Below, in pieces: positions 28,268 through 44,800 of a stretch of 64,000 nucleotides of DNA. This stretch comes from the human T2T-CHM13v2.0 reference genome, Homo sapiens. A program made the position numbers and the translations under genes. How positions within the stretch are numbered: the first letter of the stretch is position 1; the number at the start of each line of letters is the position of its first letter. The stretch lies in NCBI RefSeq assembly GCF_009914755.1, contig NC_060937.1; one strand, given 5' to 3'. A model generated the notes under the pieces. That model saw only the letters and a program-made list of their open reading frames with translations, was not told the DNA's origin and searched no databases.

Positions 28268-30207
28268 CCTTCCTGTATAGCTCTAGTGAACAAATGTAAT
28301 TTTAAATAAAAAAATACAATGCCATTTATGTTAGCAGCACCCCCCACCCAAAAAAAAAAAAGAAATAGGTACACATTGAACAAAATATCTTCAAGATCTA
28401 TCTGAGGAAAACAACAAAACTATGATAAAAGAAATCAAAGAAGAACTACACAAATGGAGAGATAGTCTATGTTCATAAATAGGAAGACTCAATAGTGTGA
28501 AGATGTTAGTTCTTCACAACTGGATCGATTCAGTGCAATCCCAATGAAAATCACAGCAAGCTATTTTATATTGTCAGGATGATTCTAATGTTTATATGGA
28601 GAGGCAAAGGGTACACAGTAGCCATATTGAAGGAGAATTACAAAGGAGAGAATATTGAAAGAGAACAAAGTTGGAGACTGACAATACCAGATTTCAAGAC
28701 ATATTATCAAGCACAGTAATCAAGACAGTGTGGTACTGACGAAAGAATGATAGACAAATGGATTAGTGGAACAGAATACAGAGCCTAGAAATTGACCCAC
28801 ATGAATATAGTCAACTGATTTTGACAAAGGAGCAAAGGAAATGCGATGGTGCAAAATAGTCTTTTCAAGAAATGATGCTGGAACGACTGGATTTACATGC
28901 AAAATTTTACAAAGAAAATCTAGACACAGACTTTACACCCTTCACAAAAATTTGCTCAAAATAGACCATAGACCTAAATGTAAAACGCAAAATTATAAAC
29001 TCTTAGAAGATAGCTTAGGTAAAATTCTAGCTGAACTTGGTTATGGAAAAGGCTTTTTAGATATACCACCAAAGGCACAATTTATGAAAGCAATAACTGG
29101 TAAGCTGGACTTCATTAAAATTAAAAACTTCTGCTCCGTGAAAGAATATGACAAAAGAATGAGAGGTGAATGCATAAATTGGTAGAAAATAATTGCAAAA
29201 GATACAGCAGATAAAGGATTGTTATCCCAAAGATAGAAAAATACATAAAACTCAACAATAAGGAAACATACAACCTGATGAAAAAAATTGGCCAAAGACC
29301 TCAAAGGACACCTCATGAAAGATAAACATATAAAATATGCTGCACATTTTAGATCATCAGGCAAATGCAAATTAAAACAACCATAAAATACCAATATATA
29401 CGTATTAGAATGGTCGAAATTCAAAACACCAAATGCTGGCAAGGATGTGGAGCAACAGGAACTATCAATAATTGTTGCTGGGAATGCAAAATGGTACTCT
29501 GGAAGACAGTTTCTTACAGTTTCTTACAAAGTTAAATATACTCTTATATGTTCCAGCAATCACAGTACCCAAATGAATTCACATGAAAACTGGCACATGG
29601 ATATTTACAGCAGCTTTATTTGTAATTGACAAAATCTGGAAGCAACCAGGTTGCTCTTCAGTAGGTAAACACATAAATGCGGTACATCCTACAATGGAAT
29701 ATTATTCAGCACTGAAGAGAAATGAGCTGTCAAGCCATGGAAAGAACATTACAGGCATATTATTAAAAGAAAGAAGCCAGTCTTAAAAGGTTATATACCA
29801 TGTGATTCCCACAATATGAGATTCTGTGAAGGGCAGAATTGTGGTGACAGTAAAAAACAATCAGTGGTTGCTAGAGGTTGGGGAGCAGGAGGGATGAAAG
29901 ATGGAGCACAGATGATTTATAGGGAACTGAAATCATTTTGCATAGTGCCCTAATTGTGGATACATGTTATTATACATTTGTGCAGACCTAAAGAATGTAC
30001 AATATCAACAGTAAATCCTAACGTAAACTCTGGATTTTGCATGATTATGATATGTCAATATAGATTCATCAATTAAAAGTAGCACTTAGTGTGTGATGTT
30101 GATAATGGGGGAGACTATGCATGTGTGAAGGCAGGAGGTATGTGGGAAATCTCTGTATCTTCCTCTCCATTTTTGCTGTAACCTAAAACTATTCTTAAAA
30201 AAATAAG
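28268..30207 (+). mobile_element. L1MC1-like ORF2 3' half and 3'UTR (continuation of the 24010 element)
   Basis: Decayed ORF2 (ORF 28841-29185 has FIKIKNFCSVKE) and L1MC1 3'UTR motifs (gatgttgataatgggggagactatgcatgtgtg, gggaaatctctgtatcttcctc). Confidence 0.88.
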
Positions 30208-30718
30208 TATTAAGTGATGGCTTGACATAAGCTAGATCATCTCAAAATATTTCTAGTCAAAGAACAGGTCATAGAGGTGAATCCAGAATATACATATATC
30301 ATACATATGTATCATATGTATTTATATTATATATTATATACAATATATACATTATGCTATTTGATTACAGCATTCTCTTTTTCCAATGTTTCTTTATGCT
30401 TGTCTTGCTGGTAATAAAGACAGTCCTCAGGGCAAAATGTTTTATTATGTCGTGATGTGTTAATTTTGGGGAATTGTTTTCCAGTTATGAATATTTACTT
30501 TGATAAGGTTTCCAATAAGAATGCCTTGTGTATTTGAGTAATCAAGGATATATTTAAGAAGCCATTAAGTGCTTTGGATAAGACGGGCTCATCTTATCGC
30601 ATCAAAATTGAGAAATATATACAGAGAATCATGCTTTATAACGTTAACTACACTTCTGCTATGTTTATTCCAACTTTCCATTAAGAAATGAACTAAATAG
30701 TATTATAACTACCCAATT

Positions 30719-31619
30719 AGCTAGCAGTGTCCAATCTGTAGTATGATTAAGAATCTTTGATCTCCTACACAATGAAAAATGTTCTGTGGATGTATATAAA
30801 AATCTGAGCTTATACATCTGAGCTAGAGAATTACCAAAACCACTGCAAATGCTGTGCTATTTTAGAATTAATTTCAATAAATCTATGTTTCTGCAGATCT
30901 TGACATTCTCAAAAGGCATTAAAGGGCAGGTAAAGCCAGATAGTTTAATATAACAATTTTATTTAAAGTAAGTACCTATTTTCTAATCAACACCTTATAA
31001 TTATCAGACAGCTGATTATCTTGCTATGTCTTTACAATGAATTAAATGTATTTATGATGATAAATGCACACACGTAAACTTTCAAAAACATTTCTTTCTT
31101 CATATGAGGCCAAAAATATGCAGGGTATCTGTACCTATGAACAAAAAAAACATATATATGAAAATGAGCACGTAGCTAAGTGTTCACTTTTTATAGCAAA
31201 CTAAGATGTATGTTTAAATATTTTACTAAAATTAATACTGCCTTAGTATTTGATGTTGTTTGAGTAGAGATGGAATTCTGGATTATTAATTAAGGACACA
31301 ATCAGGAAATAGTTACATATTACACATTTCCATAGTAAAGTTGTATGAAAATGGTAATTATGTAGTTTATTTTCAAGGAAACAGTCATGGTATACAATGA
31401 TGAAAACAAGTCAAATTGGGGAAAGTAACCCTTTATCCAAAGACTATATTCATGATCCAAGCCAAAAATGAACATTAAGCAAGTCAATGCAATCAAATCC
31501 TAGAGTGTCTACTCTCAGTTTCTGAAATCTGACTGAACCTAACTTTTTTAAAAAAGATGGGAATCTCTCTATGTCATCTGGGCTGGTCTTGAACTCTTGG
31601 CCTTAAGTGATCTTCCAGC
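30719..31619 (+). repeat. Source (uninterrupted) copy of the ~0.9 kb local duplication
   Basis: Matches 27166-28061; here the terminal FLAM is complete with both TSDs. Confidence 0.95.
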
Positions 31620-31670
31620 TCCAGCCTCTCAAGTAGCTGGGACAACAGGTGCTTTGCCACTGCTCCTGGC
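31544..31670 (-). mobile_element. FLAM (free left Alu monomer)
   Basis: Single antisense Alu monomer; TSD tgaacctaa on both sides. Confidence 0.85.
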
Positions 31671-32794
31671 TTTGAACCTAAATGTTAAATACATTTGAAA
31701 ATAGTTACAAAATGAAAATAGTCTTGGATTTTCAAGTACTTTAAGAATTTTTACTTGGAAACATTCCCTTAATATTTTAAGCAATGTCATTTTAATTGCT
31801 TTTTCTTTGATTTTTGAAAGGGCTGAACTTGAAACTGTTAAGATATAAAATAAAAAATCAGACAAACGATTGTATTGATTATAAAATAAACCACTGCTGT
31901 AGCTTTTAAAAGAGCCTAAATATTTGGCTTTTAGACCTAACAGGTATAACAACCCAATCCGGTTTTTATGCATAAAATAATGAAACCATTTGCCTCCTTA
32001 TATTTTGTACTATATAGCATTTAGTGTCATCGGATAGGCCAATTGGTTGTAAAATCAAAAATATTATCTAATGAACGTTATTCTCTCATAAACCACTAAA
32101 GCAGCAAAGGAGTTCTCTTTAACACGTGGTTTTCAAAATTGCATTTGCTTACTACAGTCCATCTTCATTTTTTTTAAAATTTGGTAATAGACATATTTTA
32201 AGCAATCTTTGCTGGCAACATGATGAAAATAATGATTTTTATTTTAGTTTCAGGAAAGTTTGAATAAAAAGTATGTCCACATTCTCAAGTAGAGATTAGT
32301 TGATAAAATAGTTTAAAAATATCAAATTACAGGCATCATTAAATTTCCATAAATTTTTCCTAATAAAAAGGACTTCTAGAGGCTTTACTCTGGTGTTTCA
32401 CAATAAACTTTATCTCATCAAGCACGTATGGAGAAAATAAATTTAGTCACTAGTTCCATCTATACTGGGACTAATCTTTAAAGGCATACTGTTGTATCAT
32501 ATATTGTCAACTTCCAACTTTTGGTAAGAGATATATGAGAGACACAAAGATTTTTTTAAATTGTAAGATAAAGATTATAGAAGACAATATCATACAAATT
32601 AATCTATAAGATTAAATGAAATTATTTGTGTGAATAATTTCAAAGTAATGCTATAAGAGTTTTAGAAACTTGTTTTACAGAAAAAAATGTAAATTTTCTT
32701 CAAAAATATATTGATTGAATAATTAAGAGGTGAGTTGCTGATGTAGTAAAATAAAGTTTGTATAAAAAATAAAATTTTATTAATTAAAGACTTA

Positions 32795-32915
32795 GCTAGG
32801 TGCAGTGGCTCATGCTTGTAATCCCAGTGATTTGGGAGGTTGAGAAGGGAGAATTGCTTGAGTCCAGGAGTTCCAGACCAGCATTAGCAAGGACAACATA
32901 GTGAAACTTATTAAA
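32795..32915 (+). mobile_element. FLAM/AluJ left monomer
   Basis: gctaggtgcagtggctcatgcttgtaatcccag...ttgcttgagtccaggagttccagaccagc. Confidence 0.85.
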
Positions 32916-33496
32916 ATGGTTTATTGTTATTTACATAATATAAAAAACGTAGTATAGTCAATAAAATATTAAGAAAATCTAGGCTGTTGCGTTTATCGAG
33001 GGGGAAATCTTTACCAATAAAAATGTCAAATGTAAGGACAATACAATTTATGCCATTATGAAACGGGAAATTGGAGCAGATTGTTTCTGAGAAGAAATAC
33101 TGTTTTGTTACGTAGGACATACAAGCTCATAATTTGCCTTACTATTATCCTAAAGTTTTCATTCTTTACCTTGATGATTAGTTTAATATATTGGCTTCTC
33201 AATTCCCTGATACCTTCAATGATCTTTTCCTCTACTTCACCATCACCACACACTTCCAGTGTCACTTTCATCACTTCAAATTGTTTGATTCCTAAATCAG
33301 GCCACATCTTCTTACCTTTGCAGCTACTTTGACCTATTCAGTTGCCTGCTTTCGGTCATGGTGCCCACTGCTCTGAGCTCTACTTTTTAATCTTCACTCT
33401 ACCTTCAACAAAGCACTGTTTCTCCCCTGGAATATTGCAGTAGCCTCCTAACTCATTTCCATGAACTGGCTACTGGGGGACATTGTTCACAATGTC

Positions 33497-33845
33497 TGCT
33501 ACGGTCTAAATGTTTGTGTATGAAGTTCATTGTTTAAACCCATCCCCAATATTGTGGCATTAAGAATGTGGGGTCTTTGGGAGGTGTTTGAGTCATGAGT
33601 CCTCCGCCCTCATGAATGAGATTAGTGTCCTTATCAAAAAGACCTGGGAAGGCTTGTGCACCTCTTCTTCCATATGAAGACACACATAAGTTACCGTCTA
33701 TGAGTAACAGGTTCTTACCAGATAATGAATCTGTTCATATCTTGGTCTTGCACTTCCCAGCCTCCAGAACTGTGAGAAATAAGTTTCTTTTTTAAATTAC
33801 CAAATTTAAGGTATTTTGTTACAGTAGCCAAAATAGTCTAAGACA
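33497..33845 (+). mobile_element. MLT1A0-like MaLR solo LTR within L2-like sequence
   Basis: tgctacggtctaaatgtttgtg...cttcccagcctccagaactgtgagaaataa...ctaagaca. Confidence 0.88.
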
Positions 33846-35235
33846 ATCATAAATGATTCCTTGAAAAATATGAGTATTTTAATTCCATCCTCTGGATTAA
33901 AAAACTTTCATTAATTCTCATTGTTTTTAAGATAATGTTCTAATTTCTAACAAATCCAAAAACATATAACCACTTTGTATTACTTTAGCTTTGGTCAGAG
34001 ATTCAGAGTTCTCTTCAGTGTATTTATTTAGATCTATAAATATTATTTTATCATACTTATGTACAAATATCTCCATGCACTTCCCTTTCATATATTAGGA
34101 CATTATTCAGTAATTTATATTTTGCCTCACCATCTACAACTTAAGATATTTGTATATTTACCATTTCCGTTAAAATAATTTAAATAGATAATACATGAAA
34201 CTATACCATAGTGAGATGTGAAGTTTGCAACAATAATTTGTTTTCTGTTTCATTTACAGAGAAACATTTATCTTATTTCTAAATAACAAGATAGGTCTGG
34301 TAGTGTCCTCCTTTGTAGTTATCAGAAAGCACTGGGTGTTGCCACACCACTTAGACAGTTACTGCAAAGTGATACTTCACCGTCAGTTAGATCAATATGT
34401 CTGTGCCTTCATCCCAGGAGGCCAGCAGGGCAGGAAATTGCAAATTAGTGATAGAATTTGGAAGAGCAAGTGAGATTCAATTGCCCTATATTATGAAAAA
34501 GCGTATAATGCTTTCAGTTTGATTTTGTAGTTGTGCTAATATTTTTGTCCTTAAACTGCTCCTTTTATTTTCCCTTCCTCTGAAATGGAACTGAAATCAC
34601 TTTATGGTATATTACTATTTTATTTTTCTTACAGCTGCTTATTCCATTATGTGAGTTCTCAAATTCTGCTTTTGACAAACTAGGCAAACTAGGCTATTTA
34701 GATATGAATCAGAAATGTATTGAAACATAATAATATAATTATCTTGATTTATAATAATGCCTTATATTTTTAAAGTGGACAGAGCTTAGCATAATTTTTA
34801 TAAAATTAAATTTTCAATAATTTTTTCTAACTCTAACCACATTTCAATAAAATACTAGTGGTTTCAAAATCACAGTTCCAACATTTGAACTGATCAGCAT
34901 AATCTTCATAAATTAATATAAATAAAATATAGTGGGATTTTTATATTCTGTTAAAACCTATTATTTATAAAATTAATTTGAAACATTTGATTTCCTTCCA
35001 TATCAAAAAGTTTTCAGGGCATATCTTATTATCCATTCCTATCTTCTCTAATCTATTGTCTTCTCTGTTTCATTATTTTGGGACAAATGGTGGAAGCCTG
35101 TTTTTTGGGAACTGAGATAATAGATAATGAGGAATAATTTTTAATTGTTGTTTTCCTGCCCAGCCTGCTTCAAACCTCAACATTTGGGGAGTGGGGAGGT
35201 TAGAATCTAAGAAGAATTTCCTTCTAAGGTTTCTA

Positions 35236-35574
35236 GAAATACCTGAGACTGGGTAATTTATAAAGAAAAGAGGTTTAATTGACTCACAGTTCCACATGAC
35301 TGGGAAAGCCTCAGGAAACCTATAATCATGGCAGAAGGGGAAGCAAACACACCCTTCTTCACATGGCAGGAGGAAGGAGAAATGCCAAGTAAAGAGGGGA
35401 AACCCCTTTATAAAACCATCAGCTCTCCTGAGAACTCACTATCATGAGAACGACATGGGAGTAACCACCCCATGATTCAATTACCTCCCATCAAGTCCCT
35501 CCCACGACATGCAGGGATTATGGGAACTGCAAGTCAAGATGAGATTTGGGCGGGGACACAGCTAAACCATATCA
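35236..35574 (-). mobile_element. THE1D-like LTR lacking ~30 bp at the left end
   Basis: gagactgggtaatttataaagaaaagagg...gcctcaggaaacc...ggggacacagctaaaccatatca. Confidence 0.9.
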
Positions 35575-35606
35575 TCATCTATCACTGCAGAATTAGAAGG
35601 CCACCC

Positions 35607-35970
35607 TGCAGAATTAGAAGGACTTCACCCAAAATTTGGTTCAGATGAGAAGACTGATGATTCTATACATACACCAAAATTATGTAAACAGGCTTATTAC
35701 TGAATGAGGATTTATGGGAGAGCAGGACAGTCTTCCTAATTTGGTCCAAAAATGACTGATAAAAGGAAAAATACTGGTTTGGAATTTTTATGGTAGTTTT
35801 GGGGAGTGGTCAAAGTGAGGTTCACAACTGCAGGCAGGGTCTTACGTAGTTTTGAACCTCCTGCCAGCACCAGAGGAGAAAGCATCAGGCTCTCTCAACA
35901 GCTTGCAACAATGTGGGGCAGAAATAGGGGTGAGTCTTAAAAGTTTTCCATAGTCAAACTTTTGATTACA
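35607..35970 (-). mobile_element. Older ERV LTR (possibly LTR47-like; subfamily uncertain)
   Basis: cacccaaaatttggttcagatg...atgtggggcagaa...gtcaaac...attaca resembles a recalled LTR consensus in antisense. Confidence 0.5.
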
Positions 35971-38900
35971 ACAACTATTCACTAAATGCATTTTTCTTCC
36001 CAAAGACTGAAGTTTGGTCTTTTTTCATATATTAGCTGACTGATTATATGATATGAGAATATGAGTAAACAGGTCAAAATCATGAGACATTTGAAGAGAA
36101 TATCATTGATTTCAAAAGAAAAGCAATATGATGGATTACTGATTTCCTCAGAAACACAACTGTAAGAACAGATGGACCAGTACTTTTGAACTAGCATAAT
36201 AAAAATACAACAGCATAATATATCAAGAGAAAAATGTTAGTAATATTAAAAGTGCATGAGGAGTTACCAGAATAATTATGATCCATGAAACATTCAATAA
36301 ATTCAGAATATCATAGTAATATAACAAAATAAGCAAATCAAAAAACAAGACCAAAGAAATATTTCAAAAGATCACAGAAAGAGAAGTAAAATTGTGAGGA
36401 AGAACTATGTGAAAAGTAATCATAATGACTGTTCTGGCATTTAAAAATATAAAAGACAGATTGAATGTACGTAATATAAAGTATACTTTCTAATGTATGA
36501 AAGAGAAAAAATAACTAACAACCCACACATAGTAGTAGCATTTAAAAGAGAAAGAAATGGAGATGACATCAGCAAAATAGAAGAATAGGAAGTCTTGGGC
36601 TGCAATCTCTACCAACTGCCCCAATCCCCCATGCCACCCAACACCCACAGAAAGTATAGCTAGCAACTATATAAAAACCACGCATCTTTTTGAAAACCTT
36701 GATACTTGGCAACTATCTTGAGACACCCACGTCATTTGTGGAACTGAATGAAAATAAATTAGATGAGTAGGAATTACCTCACTATGATGCTGTCCTTCAT
36801 CCCCTCTGAAGTCAGCACAATGCCAGACAGAGGATTTCCCTGGGCCCACAGTTTCTACATTGGGGGAAAGAAAACTGGAGGCATCCAATCTTCCCTAGCA
36901 TTCTGAGACACTTCCCAGAAAGCCCACTTCAGTCTCAACTCATGGGGAACAATGGGGCTAAAGGCATACCTAAACTGCCTGAGGTCAGATAGAAACAAAG
37001 GAGGTAGAGCTCTTAGTGACCAGCCTACAGATCTCGCTGGTATTTTTGTGTTCTTGACAGCTCAATCAGTGATACCAGCTGACTTTATAACCACTCTTTA
37101 AAACTGAGCTGATTGCCTTCATAAGTAAGGTAAGAAGTTCATTTTACTTTGAGTCTCTAGATAGCTAATCTCCATACTTTGCCTCAGAGCATGACCTAAT
37201 GACCCTGCCCAGGCAGGGACACTCCCACCCCCATACATTTTGGGGAAGTATAGAGGCTAGACCTGCTTGACCTGAGCCATCAAATGGCCACTCAGCCAAA
37301 AGCTCACCACAGGCCTCCATCTGAGTGAGAGGCAATCCTCAGTCATGTATTTCCAAGGAGCATAGCTTCTGATCCTGCCTGTCCCAAGCAGTGACTGACT
37401 AATCTCAGAGCACAGCCCTTAGCCCTGCTCAACTGCAGATCCCATACAGTAGAATTTCCTGGCCAGGAAATACATCTGCTTCCTAGCCTGAATAGAAGGG
37501 AAAGCAGTATCCAGCCAGCAGCTCTTCCTGACAGCAGAATCTTGCCAGCAATTCTGGATGGCAGAACTCAGCTAGCAGCCCCACCTGACATTACAGCAAA
37601 GTCAGTGACCCCATGAATTAGAGAACACATAACAAGATCTGCCTGCCTGGGATTGTCACCAACTGGCCTTTCCAGAGTCACTGGCTAGTTTAAATAGCAA
37701 GGGTCTATTCCTGCCAAATAACACTTAAAAAGATCAGAAGAGGAGGCCGTCTCCTCAAATTCACAGAAAACAATGCAAGCACACAAGGATTATGAAGAAT
37801 TAGGGAATCATTACACTTCAAGGGAAACTAATAAAGCTCCAATAATGGGCCCTAAAGAAATGGAGATCTCTGCAATGACTGACAATTCCAAATATTCTTC
37901 CTAAAGAAGTTCAGTAAACTATAAGAATATATGGATAAAAAAATCAAGTAAAATTTGGAAGACAACTCACAAAGTGAGCTTTACAACAAAATAGAAACAA
38001 TTTTAAAAAATAGAAATCCCAGAGATGAGGAATGCAATGATTGAACTGAAAAATTAAATAGATTCAACAGAAGATGTGATTAAGCAGCAGAAAAAAATCA
38101 GTGAGCTGGAAAACAAAATTTACAATTATTCAATCAAAGGAGCCAAAAGACAAAAGAATGAAAAAATGTAACGAAATCCTACAGGAATTATGGGACACCA
38201 TGAAGAGACCAAACTTACACAATAGAAGTTGCAGAAGGTGAATAAAGAGAACAAGGTCCATAGAGCATATTTAAAGAAATAAGGGCTAAAAAAAACTTCC
38301 ATATTCTGTGAACAGATGCCAACATCCAGGTGTAGGAAGCACAGAAGTCTTCACTCAAATACAACTGAAAGAGGTGTTAATCAAGACACATAATAATCAA
38401 ACTACCAAAAATCAAAGACAAAAAATTCTGGAGCAGCAACAAATAAGAAACTCATCACATACAAAGAAGTGTCACTATCAGCAGATTTCTCAGGAGAAAC
38501 ACTGCAGGCCAGGAAAGAGTGGGATGACATATTCAAAGTGCTGAAGAAACACAAGCTTTTAACCAAAAATACTTTAATCAGAAAATTGGTCTTTTAGGAA
38601 TGAGGAAGAAATAGAAACTTTCCCAGAAAAATGAAAGCAAAGGGATGTCATAACCATTACGCCAGTCTTGTAAGAGTTGCTAAAAGGACTTCTTTAAGCT
38701 GAAACAAAAAGCTACAAATTAATAATGATACATATGAAACTACAAAGCTCAGTGGTATAAGTAAAGCAGAGCCATATTCAGAATACTGAAGTACTGTAAT
38801 GATCACAGGTAATTTTATCCCTGGTACAAGAATTAAAAGGCAAAACTATTAAAACTATAGCTGAAATAAATCGTCAAGGGACACACATTACAAAGTGATG

Positions 38901-39001
38901 TAAATTCTGACCTCAGTAACATAAAATGTGTGTGGGAGGAGCAAAAGTGTGGAGTTGTATGCAAGTTAAGTTTTATCAGCTTGAAATAGGCTGTTTTATA
39001 C

Positions 39002-39139
39002 ATATATATATTATATATATAATATATATTATATATATTATATATATTATATATATATTATATATATAATATATATATTATATATATAATATATATATTA
39101 TATATATAATATATATATAATATATATATATTATATATA
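39002..39139. repeat. Interrupted (TA)n tract of ~138 bp, pure A/T
   Basis: tatatatatt/tatatataa units with no G or C. Confidence 0.97.
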
Positions 39140-40338
39140 CATCTTATATGTAAACCTCATGAGAAACACAAAGCAAAAATTATTAGGACAAAAAATTGGA
39201 AAGGTCAAAGCATACCACTTCTTAAAAAAAAAAAAATCAATACATAAAGGAAGACAGCATAAGAGGCAGAAACAAAGTATCTACAAAACAACCAGAAAAC
39301 AATTAAGAAAATGGTAACAGTAAGTCCTTGTCTATCAATAATTACCTTGAATATAAATGCATTAAATTCTCCAAAAAAGAAAGTAACTGAAAGGATAAAA
39401 AAGCCCCAACTATTTGCTGGCTGTAAGAGCCTCACCTTGTATTTTAGGACACACACAGACTGAAAATAAAGGGATGGAAAAAGATATTCCATGCAAATGA
39501 AAACAAAAAGAAAAGCTCAAAAACTGAAATAGGAGACGCATAAGAACATCATATGATAATAAAGGGGTCAATTTATCAAGAGGATATAATAATAGTAAGT
39601 ATACATATACTCAACATTGGAGCACCTAAAAATATAAAACAAATATGAAATGATTTTGAGAGAGAGGGATTGCCATACAATAATAGTAAGAGACTTTAAT
39701 ATATCACTTTTAACAATGGACTGATTATTCATACAGAAAATTAATAAGAAAACATCGACATGAACAACATATTAGATCAAATGGACCTAACAGACATAAA
39801 CAGAACATTCCATCCAATAGCAACAGCATACACAATATTCTCAAGCACACAGAGAACATTCTCCAGGGTAGATCACCTGTTATGACAAAAGCCTGAGTTT
39901 TCTCAAGAAGTCTGAAATTATAGCAAGAATCTTCTCTGACCCACAATGGTATAAAACTAGAAATCAATAATGAGGAATTTCAAAAAACTCACAAATACAT
40001 ATAAATTAAACAGCATGCTCCTGAACAACTAATGGGTCAATACAATTTTTAAAACAATAATTTAAAAATATCTTGAGACAAACAAAAGTGGAAACACAAC
40101 ATGCCAAAACTTATGGAATACAGCAAAAGAAGTTCTAAGAGGAACGTTTATAACAATAAATGTTTACCTAAAAAAAACCCAGATTTCAAACAATTAATCT
40201 TACTCATCAAGCAGCCAGAGAAAAACTAAACACAAAGATAGGGGAAGGAAGGAAATAATAAAGATTGGAGTAGAAGTTAATGAAATGGAGACTAGCAAAA
40301 CAATACAAAAGATTAATGAAACTAAGCGTCAGGTTTTT

Positions 40339-40650
<312 letters not shown>

Positions 40651-42049
40651 AGGTTTTTTCTTTTTTTTTTTTTTAATTAATTTATTTTTAAACACAAACA
40701 AAATGAACAAACCTTTAGCTGTATTAACGAGAAAAAAGACTCAAGTAAATAAAATCTGAGGTGAAATCAGAGACATTAGAACTGATACCACATAATAGAA
40801 TCATAAGCAACTATTATAAATATATAGCGACAAATTGGATAACCCAGAAGAAATGAATATACTCCTAGGCATATACAACCTACCAAGATTGAATCATGCA
40901 GAAATAAAAAATCTGAAATGACCAATAAGAAGTAAGGAGATTGAATCAGTAATAAAAATTTTCCCATCGAAGAAAAACCCAAGACCTGATGGCTTATGGT
41001 TGAATTCTACCTATTTTTTAAAGAACTAGTACTAATTCTCAAAGCCTTCCCAAAAATTGAAGAGGAGGGACTCTTTCTTTAGCTCATTTATCAAGTCACC
41101 ATTACCCTGATACCAAAGTCAGACAAGGACATTACAAGAAAATAAAACTACAGGCCAATATCCTTGATGAACATAGACATAAAAATCCTCCATTATATTC
41201 TAGCAAGCTGAATTTATCAACACATTAAAGGGATCATCCATCATGATCAAGTGGTGTTTCTCTCGAGACACAGGAAGCTTCAACATAAGTAAATCAGTAA
41301 CTGTGATACATCACATTAACAGAATGAAAGACAAAAACCATATAATTCTCTTATTAGATGCAGAAAAAAGCACTTGACAAAATTCAACATTCTTTCATGA
41401 TAAAAACTCTCACCAAATTTAGTATAGAAAGAGTGTACCTGAACACATTTAAGGCCATATATGAGAAGTCCACAGCTAACACTGTACTCAATGGTAAAAA
41501 ATTGGAAAGCTTTCCTTTAAGATCTGGAACAAGATGAGGATGTCCACTTTCACCACTCCTATTCAACATAGTATTGAAAGTCCTTACTAGAACAATTAGT
41601 CAATAGAGAAATAAATGAATTATGCTAAGTAAAACAAGGTAGGCACAGAAAGGCAAATACATGTTCTCCCTTACGTGTAGAATCTAAAACAGTTGAACTC
41701 ATAGAAGCAGAGAGCACAAAGATAGTTACAGAGATTGGAGGCTGGGAAGAATAGCGAGATTATGGTCAAATGGCCCAAAATCTCAGACAGAAGGAAGTTC
41801 TTGTTTGCTCAGATCTATTGCACAGCATGGTGAATATAGTTGAAAATAATGTACTGTAATTTGAAAATTGCTAAGAGTCAATTTCGAAAGTTCTCACCAC
41901 ACAATTGATGTGTTTGAGAGCATAAGTATATTAATTAGCTTAATTTTATTACACGTTGTATATATAAATCATCACATGACTTTTTACTCCATAAATATAT
42001 GTTATAAATTGTCAATTTACAATAAAATAGTTTTTAAAAGACCAAGACA

Positions 42050-44800
<2,751 letters not shown>

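Noticed and set aside
28841-29185. ORFs with L1 ORF2-like peptides (also 48184-48512 and 51818-52054)
   Set aside because: Short frameshifted remnants of dead L1 copies; no intact ORF1 or ORF2.
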